A DNA stretch of 30,272 nucleotides from an uncultured bacterium. GTDB lineage: Bacteria; Pseudomonadota; Alphaproteobacteria; CAISDR01. The translations under genes and the position numbers were made by a program. Shown here piece after piece: positions 1-9,323 of this stretch (position 1 is the stretch's first letter; every line of letters starts with the position of its first letter). The stretch lies in the NCBI GenBank assembly GCA_903884125.1, contig CAISDR010000344.1:1-30272 (forward strand), given 5' to 3'. Below the pieces are notes generated by a model that did not search any database, was not told the origin of the DNA, and saw only the letters and a list, made by a program, of their open reading frames with translations.

Positions 1-29
1 CCGAGAGGGGTTTTTAATTTACAAAACCT

Positions 30-146
30 ATGAGCATTCTCAAATATTTCAAAGACACAAAGATAGAAATGAAGCATGTGACATGGCCCACAATGCGACA
101 GGCCTTTATTTATACCGGTATTGTGATTGGAGCCCGCTTCTCTTAG
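30..146 (+). pseudogene. secE: Truncated SecE-like fragment (38 aa), probably foreign/chimeric sequence at the contig end
   Basis: Manual translation MSILKYFKDTKIEMKHVTWPTMRQAFIYTGIVIGARFS*. It contains the SecE cytoplasmic motif (E-x-K-x-V-T-W-P) but stops partway through the transmembrane helix. The DNA is AT-rich, unlike the rest of the window. Not in the ORF track (too short). Confidence 0.75.
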
Positions 147-158
147 GTTTTGCACATT

Positions 159-2036
159 ATGAGTTCCACCGCTGCGATTCTGGGGCTGGCTGGCCAAAAT
201 CTGGCACAGGGTCGTGCGCGGGATGCACTTCGCCTGCTTGATCAGGCTTTGATTGATCTTGGCGGCGAACGGGGACTGCACGCACTGAGGGCACAGGCGC
301 TTTATGCGCTTGGCGACCAGCGCGCGGCGGCAGGTGCGATGGCTGCCCTTGTCTCCCTTAGCCCGGCAGATGCCGAAAGCCTTTTGGCCATGGGGCTTTT
401 TCTTGATGCGGTCCGGGCAGACCAATCCGCCGAGATGGCCTATCGACATGCACGCGCAGCCCGTCCCGGTTTCAGCCGACCAGCCCTGGCCCAGGCATTG
501 ATGCGACTGCGTGCGGGGGACTTGAAGGTAGCATTTGATCTGATCAAGGCCAGCGGCATCGGCACCAGCACACCAGAGCGGGTACGCCTGGAAGCGCGGG
601 TGTGTGACGCCCTGCGCGAGGCGATGGTTGAACGACGTTTTGCTATAGAAGCGCTGTCAATGTGGCCCAATGGCTCCAATTCGCCGCTAGTCCTGCAGGC
701 GTCGGTTGACTGCGCCGTGCCCCGGATGAATTTTGAAGCCGCAGCGCAGGCGCTGAAGCGCCTGTCGCAATTGCGTTCAGACTGGCCGCTTCTGGCAAGC
801 CAGCAGGCAATGGTTGATTTCCGAACAGGGGACTGGACAGCCGTCATACGCACGCTCGGCATGTCGATGCCACCAAACGAATTGGTGCCGCAGCAGGCGC
901 TTTTGCGCGCACTGGCGCTTGCCCGTATTGGCGACGGGGCCAATGCGCGGCGGCAACTGGAACAGATGGTCGAAAGCACGGGTCTGGATGAAACAGATTA
1001 TCGCGCGGCGCGGCTGTTTCTGGCACTGGCGGCGCTTGGCGATGATGATGCCGAGCCAGCCACACGCATTGACGCCGAGGTCGGTGCAAACGGGACCGGC
1101 GGGCGGGCGTTTGTTGCAGCGATGTCCACTATTGGCGCGTTAAGGTATCCGGGCTTTAACCGGCTCTATCAAAAGATCGATCTGCATCATGCGATCACAG
1201 GCTATGCCGCCGCCAAGGGGCATGGCGCATTTCCCTACTATCCCGAAACTTATGTCCTGCCGGATGACGCAAACGAACTTGCGCGCGCATTACCGGGACG
1301 CTGGATTGTAAAGCCTGCCGAACCTGGTGGATCAGGCGTGCTTGTTCTGGCCGAATCCCCATCGGATTTTCTGTCGTCCGGACCAAGTCTTGTGCAGCGC
1401 CTGGTCGAGCGTCCGTTACTGGTCAATGGTCGTCTGGCCTGTGTCAGTCTTTTCCTGGTACTGCCGTCACCTGATATTGGCCGGGCGCTGATATTTGATG
1501 ATGGGATTGTACATTTCGCGCCCGAACCCAGCCTGCCGCATGCTGATGACATCAATGCCTTGCAGCCGACCCGGATTATCACCTCAGCCCATCGACACAA
1601 GGATTATCCGGGCCTTGATCCGTTTGCAGGCGATGGCGAACCATGGGCCGGTATCTGGTCTCTCAGGGCATATCTGAGCGAAGTGGGTCGATTCAAAGGC
1701 GTCCGCGTGGCTGGAACAGCATGGAGCGGTTTCGTCCATCTGGCCCGCGATGTTGCGCGGTTATCTGACTATCTTGAAATTCTGGATGCCCAGCGTGCGG
1801 CACCTGCACCCTGGTCCTATCCCCCGACGGTATTGCGCCTTGAATGCATCATGGACGAGGACTTCAAGGCGCATTTCATCGGCATTGCCGATACGAGTCC
1901 TGTAGATTTTCCGGCTGCCGGTACCAGGACACGGGTTGATGATGACATCACCCTTCGGATGACCCGTGCGCTGGTCCGACTGGTATGTGTGCCAGCTCAG
2001 CAGGCGGCACTGGGCTTCACCGCATTAAATCCCTGA
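159..2036 (+). CDS. TPR-repeat protein fused to a C-terminal tubulin-tyrosine-ligase (TTL/ATP-grasp)-like domain
   Basis: The N-terminal half is Ala/Leu-rich helical repeats of TPR type. The C-terminal half has TTL-like blocks YYPETYVLP, WIVKP, VQRLVERPLLVNG, FDDGIVHFAPE. ATG at 159 preferred over TTG at 150. Confidence 0.7.
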   Translation: MSSTAAILGLAGQNLAQGRARDALRLLDQALIDLGGERGLHALRAQALYALGDQRAAAGAMAALVSLSPADAESLLAMGLFLDAVRADQSAEMAYRHARAARPGFSRPALAQALMRLRAGDLKVAFDLIKASGIGTSTPERVRLEARVCDALREAMVERRFAIEALSMWPNGSNSPLVLQASVDCAVPRMNFEAAAQALKRLSQLRSDWPLLASQQAMVDFRTGDWTAVIRTLGMSMPPNELVPQQALLRALALARIGDGANARRQLEQMVESTGLDETDYRAARLFLALAALGDDDAEPATRIDAEVGANGTGGRAFVAAMSTIGALRYPGFNRLYQKIDLHHAITGYAAAKGHGAFPYYPETYVLPDDANELARALPGRWIVKPAEPGGSGVLVLAESPSDFLSSGPSLVQRLVERPLLVNGRLACVSLFLVLPSPDIGRALIFDDGIVHFAPEPSLPHADDINALQPTRIITSAHRHKDYPGLDPFAGDGEPWAGIWSLRAYLSEVGRFKGVRVAGTAWSGFVHLARDVARLSDYLEILDAQRAAPAPWSYPPTVLRLECIMDEDFKAHFIGIADTSPVDFPAAGTRTRVDDDITLRMTRALVRLVCVPAQQAALGFTALNP

Positions 2037-2047
2037 GCACTGATAGG

Positions 2048-2404
2048 CTAACATACATATTCGCCAGCGTGCTGATCCACGCAATGCCGCATCAGTCCGA
2101 CCAAGGATGGATCGTCTTCGAATCTGATCCTGATTCCCTGACGGCAGCGATCCTGAATATGTCCGGATATGTGACCGATGCCATCAACGGTCAGAACCAC
2201 CATCTCGCCCAGCTGGCAGACCACACCGCCCGAGATCACCGCACCGTGGCGGTCCATGTGATGAACCAGCACGATGTGCTCGCCCGCATGGCGCACAAGA
2301 TGCGCCCGCAGGCCATAACGCCAGAGGCTTTTGACCGATCCGGCGTGATCCAACGTCGTCTGTGTAATTGACCCGGCGTCCGACGCCACAAGAACTGCTG
2401 ACAT
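2048..2404 (-). CDS. Small PilZ-like domain protein (degenerate motifs)
   Basis: GGAGG RBS before the ATG. The pattern HGAVI...GEMVVLTVDGIGHISGHI...GIRIRF resembles a PilZ beta-barrel. Confidence 0.55.
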   Translation of the reverse strand: MSAVLVASDAGSITQTTLDHAGSVKSLWRYGLRAHLVRHAGEHIVLVHHMDRHGAVISGGVVCQLGEMVVLTVDGIGHISGHIQDRCRQGIRIRFEDDPSLVGLMRHCVDQHAGEYVC

Positions 2405-2478
2405 TTTTCCCTCCGCGACCTGCGTTGGGTTTCAATGTGATTTTCAATTGTGACCGCTTTTGGGCAGCGCCATGACCA

Positions 2479-3681
2479 TTACGAGGCAGTTACGCTTTTT
2501 TTGTCTTTGCGCCATGAAGCCAGCAATAACATCACGGATGAAACAGTCCCGAATATGCCGAAAATAATCAGCGCGCGGTCGCGGCCTACAAGATCATTCA
2601 ATATCCCGATGGGAATGGCAGGCAGCCCCAGACCAAGATAGGCATAGATGAAAAAAGCCGACGCCGCGCGGGCACGCTGGCTGCCCGCATTTGCCGTCGC
2701 AAGATTTAGGCCGCCTTGATAAAGTGTTCCATGCGTTGCCATGCCAGATACCATGGCACCGATAATGACAAGCATGATCTGATCGCCCAGCACACCGGCA
2801 ATAATCAGGTTCAGCCCCACAGGCAGCATAATCAGCCCGACGCGCAATTGCAGGACCGGCAGCCAATGGCGTGTGCCAATCTGGGTCAGTCCGCCGCCAC
2901 CATTGATCAGTAACAACGCCACCCCGACCCAGGATGACATGCCTGTTTTGGCTAAAGCTGAAGGCAGAATTGCGATCACGATCCCGACAGCCGACCAACC
3001 CAGCGCAATGGACAATCCTGATATGGCAGTACCTGGCAAAAAGGCCGGGCGGCGAAGGATCGCATGATGTGCCCCGCCACGATGGGTTTCAGGCACGAAT
3101 AATACCAGCGCAAAACTCAATGCCAGCAGAATGGCAAATTCGCGATAGGACGATGGATCAAGTGAAAAACCGTTGACCATCAGATCGATAGCGGTCCAGC
3201 AGGCCCCAGCGCCAAAGCCAAGTGCCGTCATGATCGTCACAAGCGATGCTGCCCGTGCACCGGAATGCGGATCAGGATTGACACCTTGGCGCGCCATATC
3301 CAGCTCAGCAGCCCAGGCAGTGCCTGCACCTGCCGTGAGCGATATGGCGAACCCTTGTGCAATACGCGCCAAAGCCACCATCTCAAGGCGCGGCACATAA
3401 ACCAGCGCCAGTGTGGACACAAATGCACAGGCCAGTGCGCCCAAAATTGGCAGTTTGCGTCCGATGCGATCCGACAGCCCGCCCGCCAGCACAAGCATCG
3501 GTATCAGGGCGGAAATATAAAAGGCAAAGGCAACCGAAGTTGCCCCTACCCCATAACCCGACCGTTCAGCGTAAACGGCATAGAGTGGTACTTGCAGATT
3601 TACCGATGCCGCGACCAGCACCAGCGCCAGAGCCACAATCCATATGCCGGTTCCCGGTGCCAGCGTTCGGGTTGGGATCAA
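2479..3681 (-). CDS. MFS transporter
   Basis: About 12 hydrophobic segments; MFS loop motif GGLSDRIGRK. ATGA overlap with the upstream gene. Confidence 0.92.
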   Translation of the reverse strand: MIPTRTLAPGTGIWIVALALVLVAASVNLQVPLYAVYAERSGYGVGATSVAFAFYISALIPMLVLAGGLSDRIGRKLPILGALACAFVSTLALVYVPRLEMVALARIAQGFAISLTAGAGTAWAAELDMARQGVNPDPHSGARAASLVTIMTALGFGAGACWTAIDLMVNGFSLDPSSYREFAILLALSFALVLFVPETHRGGAHHAILRRPAFLPGTAISGLSIALGWSAVGIVIAILPSALAKTGMSSWVGVALLLINGGGGLTQIGTRHWLPVLQLRVGLIMLPVGLNLIIAGVLGDQIMLVIIGAMVSGMATHGTLYQGGLNLATANAGSQRARAASAFFIYAYLGLGLPAIPIGILNDLVGRDRALIIFGIFGTVSSVMLLLASWRKDKKSVTAS

Positions 3682-4862
3682 AGAGCCAGAACCTGTTTGG
3701 CGATCACATTTTTCTGAATTTCTTCGGTACCGCCTTCAATCGTGTTGGCGCGGGTGCGCATGTACCAGGAGACCGCACCTTTGGCATGCGCCGGACCCGG
3801 CCAGGGTTCATTGCGACCATGCAGCAGATCTTCCTTGATCCAGGGTGCGCCATAAAAGCCCACCAGTTCGGAGAGCAGTTCCGCCAGCGCCTGACTGACG
3901 AAAGTACCTTTCGATTTCAATATCGCACCACCATTGCCAGCGGTTCCCGATGAATTGTCATAGAGTACGCGCTGATTGGTGATGCGCAGCGCTTCCAGCT
4001 CGATTTCCACTTCGGCCAGCCGATGCCGGAATGACAGATCTTCAAGCAGGCTTGCACCGTTCTGACGTTCAACGCGGGCATAATCTTTCAGCCGCTTGAC
4101 CATATTGGTGGATGCCGCCACCTGTGCGATCAGCGCACGTTCATTACCCAAAAGGAATTTGGCATAGCTCCATCCCTTGTTTTCCTCGCCAATGCGATTA
4201 AAGGCGGGCACGCGCACATCTTCAAAGCGTACTTCGTTCAAAATATGGGTGCCATCAATCGTGATCAGCGGGCGTGTGGATATGCCCGGTGTTTTCATAT
4301 CGATCAATAATACCGTGATGCCTTCCTGGGTCTTGCCAGCAGATGACGTGCGTACCAGCGCAAACATCCAGTCTGCCAGATGCGCATAGGACGTCCATAT
4401 CTTCATGCCATTGACCACGTAATGATCGCCATCGCGCACAGCCTTGGTCTGCAACGCGGCAAGGTCTGAACCGGACCCGGGTTCAGAATAACCCTGGCAC
4501 CAGTAATGTTCGCCCCCGGATGCTTTGGGCAGCCAGAAATCCTGCTGTTCTTTGGTGCCGAAATGCATGATCACGGGGCCGACCATTTTGGTTGCAAAGG
4601 GCGATATGGCTGGACAGCCTGCAATTGCCTGTTCTTCTTCGAAGATATAAAACTGGCTGGCCGACCAGCCCTGACCGCCGAATTCGCGCGGCCATTGGGG
4701 CGCACCCCAACCACGGGCGGCCAGAATCCTGTGCCAGCGGACAGAAGCTTCCTTATGGCTGAGTTCGGAACCGTGTTTTAGTTCCGGGGTCAGATTTTCG
4801 GCTATGAACTGGCGCAATTCCTGACGAAAGGCGGCCTCTTCGGCGCTGACTGACAGGTCCAT
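3678..4862 (-). CDS. Acyl-CoA dehydrogenase (PimC-like family)
   Basis: WCQGYSEPGSGSDLA, NGMKIWTS, GEENKGW and TIEGGTEEIQKNVIA motifs. Confidence 0.95.
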   Translation of the reverse strand: MDLSVSAEEAAFRQELRQFIAENLTPELKHGSELSHKEASVRWHRILAARGWGAPQWPREFGGQGWSASQFYIFEEEQAIAGCPAISPFATKMVGPVIMHFGTKEQQDFWLPKASGGEHYWCQGYSEPGSGSDLAALQTKAVRDGDHYVVNGMKIWTSYAHLADWMFALVRTSSAGKTQEGITVLLIDMKTPGISTRPLITIDGTHILNEVRFEDVRVPAFNRIGEENKGWSYAKFLLGNERALIAQVAASTNMVKRLKDYARVERQNGASLLEDLSFRHRLAEVEIELEALRITNQRVLYDNSSGTAGNGGAILKSKGTFVSQALAELLSELVGFYGAPWIKEDLLHGRNEPWPGPAHAKGAVSWYMRTRANTIEGGTEEIQKNVIAKQVLAL

Positions 4863-4943
4863 TATTCACTCTCCCGGCAAATATCATTTTCACAAGTTTA
4901 GAACGCGGTTCGGGCTGTGTCGATGGTTCTTGGGTGCGATAAT

Positions 4944-5867
4944 TCAAACGCCAAGATCAGGTATCAGGACCGCTTCCATGCGCGCCCGGTTTTCGGGGCT
5001 GATCGGCATGATCTTGCGCGTGGAAAGGTCAAAACCCACGGCCACGGCCTGGGCGGTTGCAATCGCCTCGCCCGTTTCCAGATCCATGATCCAGTGGCCG
5101 AAAATCTGGGCCTTGTCGGTCAGACCACATAACCCTGAACGAATGGTAACGACATCGCGCAGGCGGGCCGCCCGGCGATAGACAAAGCGATATTCAAGGG
5201 CTGCACCACCAGACCCGCCATCACCCGGCGCGCGCCCGCGATCCGGGTTGATGACCATCAGAAAATTCCCGATGCCGTCTGATATCATGCCCATCAGGTG
5301 ATAGGGCACCACATAACCATCGGCATCGACCTGCGATGGCTGAACCGATCCGCGATAGATTTCCTTGAGCCCCAGTTTGTTCGCGATATCAAGATCAGCC
5401 TGCACGCGCGGCGGGGTCAGTACCAAACCTTTGGGCGCGCCTGAGAGTGGCATATCCATCAGCCGAGCCCGCGCCGCTGCAACGATTTCAGCCGATAGCG
5501 GTTGGCGATTGCGCGATTTTGCGTCAACCGCCATCAGGTCGGTCACAATGGTCGCTGACAGGGTGTTGTCGAACGTCATGCGAATTTCCAGATACACCCG
5601 CAAGCGATCCGGGCTGACCGATATAACACCGGCTGATGCGGTCAGCGGCGTACCGGCGCGCACTTCGCGCTGATAACGCACGTGCTGTTCGGCAGGCACC
5701 AGCACAAGGCCGGTTTGCGCGATGGCTTTCGGTCCATGGCCCAACTCGTAAGCCAGACAATCCAGCCCCTCGCCCGCCTTGTTCAGATAATGGCGCACAT
5801 TCATGTGCCCCATCTCATCACATTCCCAGGTATTGGCGCAGCCACGCCAGACAACAGACAATGTCAT
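4944..5867 (-). CDS. Tandem hot-dog acyl-CoA thioesterase family protein
   Basis: WECDEMGHMNVRHY motif in the first domain; second hot-dog repeat (QVDADG...ALEYRFVY). Confidence 0.85.
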   Translation of the reverse strand: MTLSVVWRGCANTWECDEMGHMNVRHYLNKAGEGLDCLAYELGHGPKAIAQTGLVLVPAEQHVRYQREVRAGTPLTASAGVISVSPDRLRVYLEIRMTFDNTLSATIVTDLMAVDAKSRNRQPLSAEIVAAARARLMDMPLSGAPKGLVLTPPRVQADLDIANKLGLKEIYRGSVQPSQVDADGYVVPYHLMGMISDGIGNFLMVINPDRGRAPGDGGSGGAALEYRFVYRRAARLRDVVTIRSGLCGLTDKAQIFGHWIMDLETGEAIATAQAVAVGFDLSTRKIMPISPENRARMEAVLIPDLGV

Positions 5868-5870
5868 CGA

Positions 5871-6413
5871 TTATTCCTTACGTCCGAACTTATAGATTAC
5901 ATGGCGTTGCAACGGGTGACCTGTGGCAATGCGCGGGTGGTCAAAATCGCCGCTCAAATCACGCACCATGCCGATCTTTTCCATGACCCTTTGCGATCGA
6001 ATATTGGCGACCGAGGTAAAGGCCACTATTTCGGCCAGATTCAACTGGCCGATGCCGAAATCCAGAACCGCCCTTGCGCCCTCGCTGGCAAGCCCGCGTC
6101 CCCAAAAGGGTTGGCCCAGCCGCCAGGCAATCTCAACACCTGGTGCCATCGGCAAATCCGGCTTCAGATGCATCAGCCCGATAAAGCCAGCGAAACATTC
6201 GCTGTCTCGTTCGAAAGCCGAATAAATGCCAAAACCATATTCGCGCCAATGTTGCAGAATCGTGTCTGCCAAAAAGCCGCACTGTTCTGCCGAGATCGGC
6301 CCAAGCAGAAATTCCATCACGGCCGGGTCTGCATTCAATTGTGCCAGTGCAGCCCGATCATCCCCGTTAAAGGTGCGCAAGGTCAGGCGCTGTGTTTCAA
6401 TCACCGGCATCAT
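5871..6413 (-). CDS. GNAT N-acetyltransferase, RimJ/RimL family
   Basis: IETQRLTLR, VEIAWRL...WGRGLASEGA, NIRSQRVMEKIGM. Confidence 0.92.
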   Translation of the reverse strand: MMPVIETQRLTLRTFNGDDRAALAQLNADPAVMEFLLGPISAEQCGFLADTILQHWREYGFGIYSAFERDSECFAGFIGLMHLKPDLPMAPGVEIAWRLGQPFWGRGLASEGARAVLDFGIGQLNLAEIVAFTSVANIRSQRVMEKIGMVRDLSGDFDHPRIATGHPLQRHVIYKFGRKE

Positions 6414-6421
6414 GTCTGAAA

Positions 6422-7366
6422 TCAGTTTTTGCGCCGTGCTTCGATGGCATCCCAGATCAGTCCGGGCAGGTTCACACCGGTAAAGCGGGATATTTCCTGC
6501 AGGCCAGTGGGCGAAGTGACATTGATTTCGGTCAGGTAGCCGCCGATCACGTCAATACCGGTAAAGATAAGACCCATCTGGCGCAATGTGGGACCAATGG
6601 CTGCACAGATTTCCCTGTCACGCGCTGTCAGGTCAATTTTTTCCGCAGCACCACCCACATGCAGGTTGGCCCGCGCCTCGCCCTCTTTCGGGCGCCGGTT
6701 CAGCGCGCCAACGGGTTCGCCTTCGACCAGAATGATCCGCTTGTCGCCTTCGCGCACGGCAGGCAAATAGGCCTGAACTACATAGGGTGCGCGATAGAGA
6801 AGGTCCATCGTCTCTAACACCGCATTCAGATTTTCATCCTGAGCGGTAATTCTGAAAACACCGGCCCCACCATTGCCGTATAAAGGTTTGACCACAATTT
6901 CACGATGGATCGCGCGAAAGCGCATAACCGCCTGCGGGTCGGATGTGATCAATGTCGGCGGACCCAGATCGGGAAATTGGGTAACCAGCAATTTTTCTGG
7001 CGCATTACGGACCGAGGTCGGATTGTTCACAACCAGCGTTTTGGGGTGAATATTGTCCAGCAAGTGCGTGGAGGTGATATAATTCATGTCAAATGGCGGG
7101 TCCTGACGCAGCAGAACCACATCAAATGTGGACAGGTCATATTCTTTCTCAGCTTCAAAGCTGAAATGATCGCCCCTGACCCTTTGCACGCGCATGGCAT
7201 GGCCGCGTGCCAGCAGCCGTGTCCCGTCCAGACTCATATGTTTGGGCAAATAATGCATCAGCGTATGACCACGCGCCTGCGCCTCAAGCGACAGGGCAAA
7301 GGTTGAATCGCCATCAATATTGATGGTTTCAATCGGGTCCATCTGAACGGCGACAGCAAGACTCAT
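6422..7366 (-). CDS. gshB: Glutathione synthetase
   Basis: QMDPI...[48 protein letters not shown]. Confidence 0.97.
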   Translation of the reverse strand: MSLAVAVQMDPIETINIDGDSTFALSLEAQARGHTLMHYLPKHMSLDGTRLLARGHAMRVQRVRGDHFSFEAEKEYDLSTFDVVLLRQDPPFDMNYITSTHLLDNIHPKTLVVNNPTSVRNAPEKLLVTQFPDLGPPTLITSDPQAVMRFRAIHREIVVKPLYGNGGAGVFRITAQDENLNAVLETMDLLYRAPYVVQAYLPAVREGDKRIILVEGEPVGALNRRPKEGEARANLHVGGAAEKIDLTARDREICAAIGPTLRQMGLIFTGIDVIGGYLTEINVTSPTGLQEISRFTGVNLPGLIWDAIEARRKN

Positions 7367-7423
7367 GGCGGATTGCTCCAGGGAATTAGGATCAGGGCCA
7401 TCCGGATGATGACCTGATGGGGG

Positions 7424-8239
7424 TTAATTCAAGGACCGCTGCATCAGGCCCAGTTTATCGAGCGCCAATTGGTGCAACGACGGATTTGGATCGGAACTCA
7501 GACAGTTTTGCAGGGCCAGGCGTGCGGTGTGTAAATGGCCAAGATCGGCCTCGACCATCGCACGTTCAAACCACAAAGCCGGGTCAGTGGGTGCCAGGGC
7601 CGTCATGCGTTCAAGCATTTCGGCAGCGCGGTTCTGGTCCCTGGCCTTGATTGCGCGGGTTTTCACATTATTGATCAGGCGCAGCAAAACATCGCGCGGC
7701 TGAACCGCCTGCCATTGATTGGGAAAGGATGTCGCATCCGCACCCATGAAACTTTTCATCAGACGCCGTAACCCGGACTGATCCACCACCGCCCCATCAT
7801 TGAACGGATCAATGATGATCTGTGGGGATTGTTCCAGCCGCACCAGAAAGTGACCCGGAAAATTCAGCCCCGTCAGGGAAAGCCCCGCTTTGGCCGCCAC
7901 GTCAAGATAGATAACGCCTAGGGCCACTGGCAGACCACGCCTGCGGTCGATTACCTGAACCAGATCGGCATTGGCCGGATCATCATAGCCGATGCGGTCG
8001 CCGGTATAACCGGCGCCCACTGCCAGAACCAGTGCCAGCGCCTCGGGCGCATCAAACTCTCTCAATGCCGATTTCAGCTTCTGGCCAAGTTCCGTCAGAT
8101 GCTGGCGATAAGGTTCCAGATCACAGTCCGGATGATCCAGACCGGCAAGGTTTAGCGCCACATTTCCAATTTCATGCGCGCCGAAATCTGACCCGGTCAA
8201 ACCGATTGCTTTTAACCGGTTGCCTGCTTCGATCTTCAC
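7424..8239 (-). CDS. SirB1/transglutaminase-like domain protein with C-terminal TPR
   Basis: RRRGLPVALGVIY, GLNFPGHFLVR, DPFNDG, LLRLINNVK. GTG start overlaps the BON gene stop (GTGA). Confidence 0.88.
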   Translation of the reverse strand: MKIEAGNRLKAIGLTGSDFGAHEIGNVALNLAGLDHPDCDLEPYRQHLTELGQKLKSALREFDAPEALALVLAVGAGYTGDRIGYDDPANADLVQVIDRRRGLPVALGVIYLDVAAKAGLSLTGLNFPGHFLVRLEQSPQIIIDPFNDGAVVDQSGLRRLMKSFMGADATSFPNQWQAVQPRDVLLRLINNVKTRAIKARDQNRAAEMLERMTALAPTDPALWFERAMVEADLGHLHTARLALQNCLSSDPNPSLHQLALDKLGLMQRSLN

Positions 8240-8847
8240 GGTGCGCGGCCATCATCTTTAAAGCGGGTATAGAAAGTAATGTCTTTGACGGATTCAACCC
8301 CGCGCACAATCGTACGCACACGGTCCAGTTCAGACTGATCAGCAGCAATGCCGCTGACATAAACAATCTGATTGACGCACTCGATCGAAAAGTTCTGGCT
8401 GTGAATATCAGCCGCTACCGTCAGCTTTGTGCGGATCGTGGTGCAGATACGTGTGTCACGCAAACCGTCCCAGATACTGGAGCGATCTTCGACCTGCAGT
8501 TCATTGCTGACCTCGCGTACGCCTGATACGCCCCATGCCAGCCGTTCCGCCTCGATCCGCTGTTCGGGCAATGGGACCGAACCGGTCAACAGCACGCGGC
8601 CTTCGGTCACTGTGGTATCAACCCGCCGGAACATGGCAAAACTGTTGGAGACAAATGCCGCGTTCAGTTTGAGTTTTATCGTTGTGTCATCGACAGCGGC
8701 ACCGGTGCTGCGTGTCTCGGTCACTGTCTTGACCGCCGCCCCGCCAGCACCGACGGCCGCAGCCACGCAACCGCCAAGCCCGGACAGGCCGATGCCGATC
8801 ATTGCCCAGGCCAGCGCAAGTTTGAATATTGATCCAGAATGGTTCAT
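8236..8847 (-). CDS. Dual-BON-domain lipoprotein (DolP/YraP-like)
   Basis: Lipobox LGGC; two BON repeats (DDTTIK...GRVLLTG; DTRI...VYVSG); yraN neighbourhood. Start set at ATG 8847, which has a GAGG RBS. Confidence 0.88.
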   Translation of the reverse strand: MNHSGSIFKLALAWAMIGIGLSGLGGCVAAAVGAGGAAVKTVTETRSTGAAVDDTTIKLKLNAAFVSNSFAMFRRVDTTVTEGRVLLTGSVPLPEQRIEAERLAWGVSGVREVSNELQVEDRSSIWDGLRDTRICTTIRTKLTVAADIHSQNFSIECVNQIVYVSGIAADQSELDRVRTIVRGVESVKDITFYTRFKDDGRAP

Positions 8848-8939
8848 GACGACCCTCACTCCTTGATACAGCAATTAGCGAATCATGGGCGGCAGTATAA
8901 TCCAGTTTTGCCCCAAAGTTACCGGTGGGTATGGGGCTT

Positions 8940-9323
8940 TCAGACCCAATGCCGGGGATCAGCCTGCCACGCATTCTGCAGATGATGGGGCAAGGACAGA
9001 CCATTTATAGCAATGACATCAAAACGAAGGTCGCGACCGGCAAGATCAGATCGGCGCGTCAAAAAGGCACCGGCAGCACGTATGATCCGGTATTGCTGCC
9101 GGGGGCTGATTGCGTCCAGACTTGCGCGTCGGGTCTGCCGCTGTTTGACTTCGACAAAGGCGAGGACAGTGCCTCTTGCCGCAATAATATCAATTTCACC
9201 AACAGGGGTTTTATAATCCCGCGCCAGAATCCGATATCCCTTCAACCGCAAAAACCAGCAGGCCAGTGTTTCGGCCATCTGACCCTGGGTCTGGGCCTTC
9301 TGGCGCTGGTTTCGGGTCCGCAT
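8940..9323 (-). CDS. yraN: YraN/UPF0102 family protein
   Basis: GEIDIIA...FVEVKQR, RFDVIA. TAATG overlap with the rsmI stop. Confidence 0.93.
   Translation of the reverse strand: MRTRNQRQKAQTQGQMAETLACWFLRLKGYRILARDYKTPVGEIDIIAARGTVLAFVEVKQRQTRRASLDAISPRQQYRIIRAAGAFLTRRSDLAGRDLRFDVIAINGLSLPHHLQNAWQADPRHWV

Noticed and set aside
1-16. Possible terminator remnant (CCGAGAGGGG followed by a T-run)
   Set aside because: The 5' arm is cut off by the window edge and it lies in the suspected chimeric segment, so it cannot be verified.
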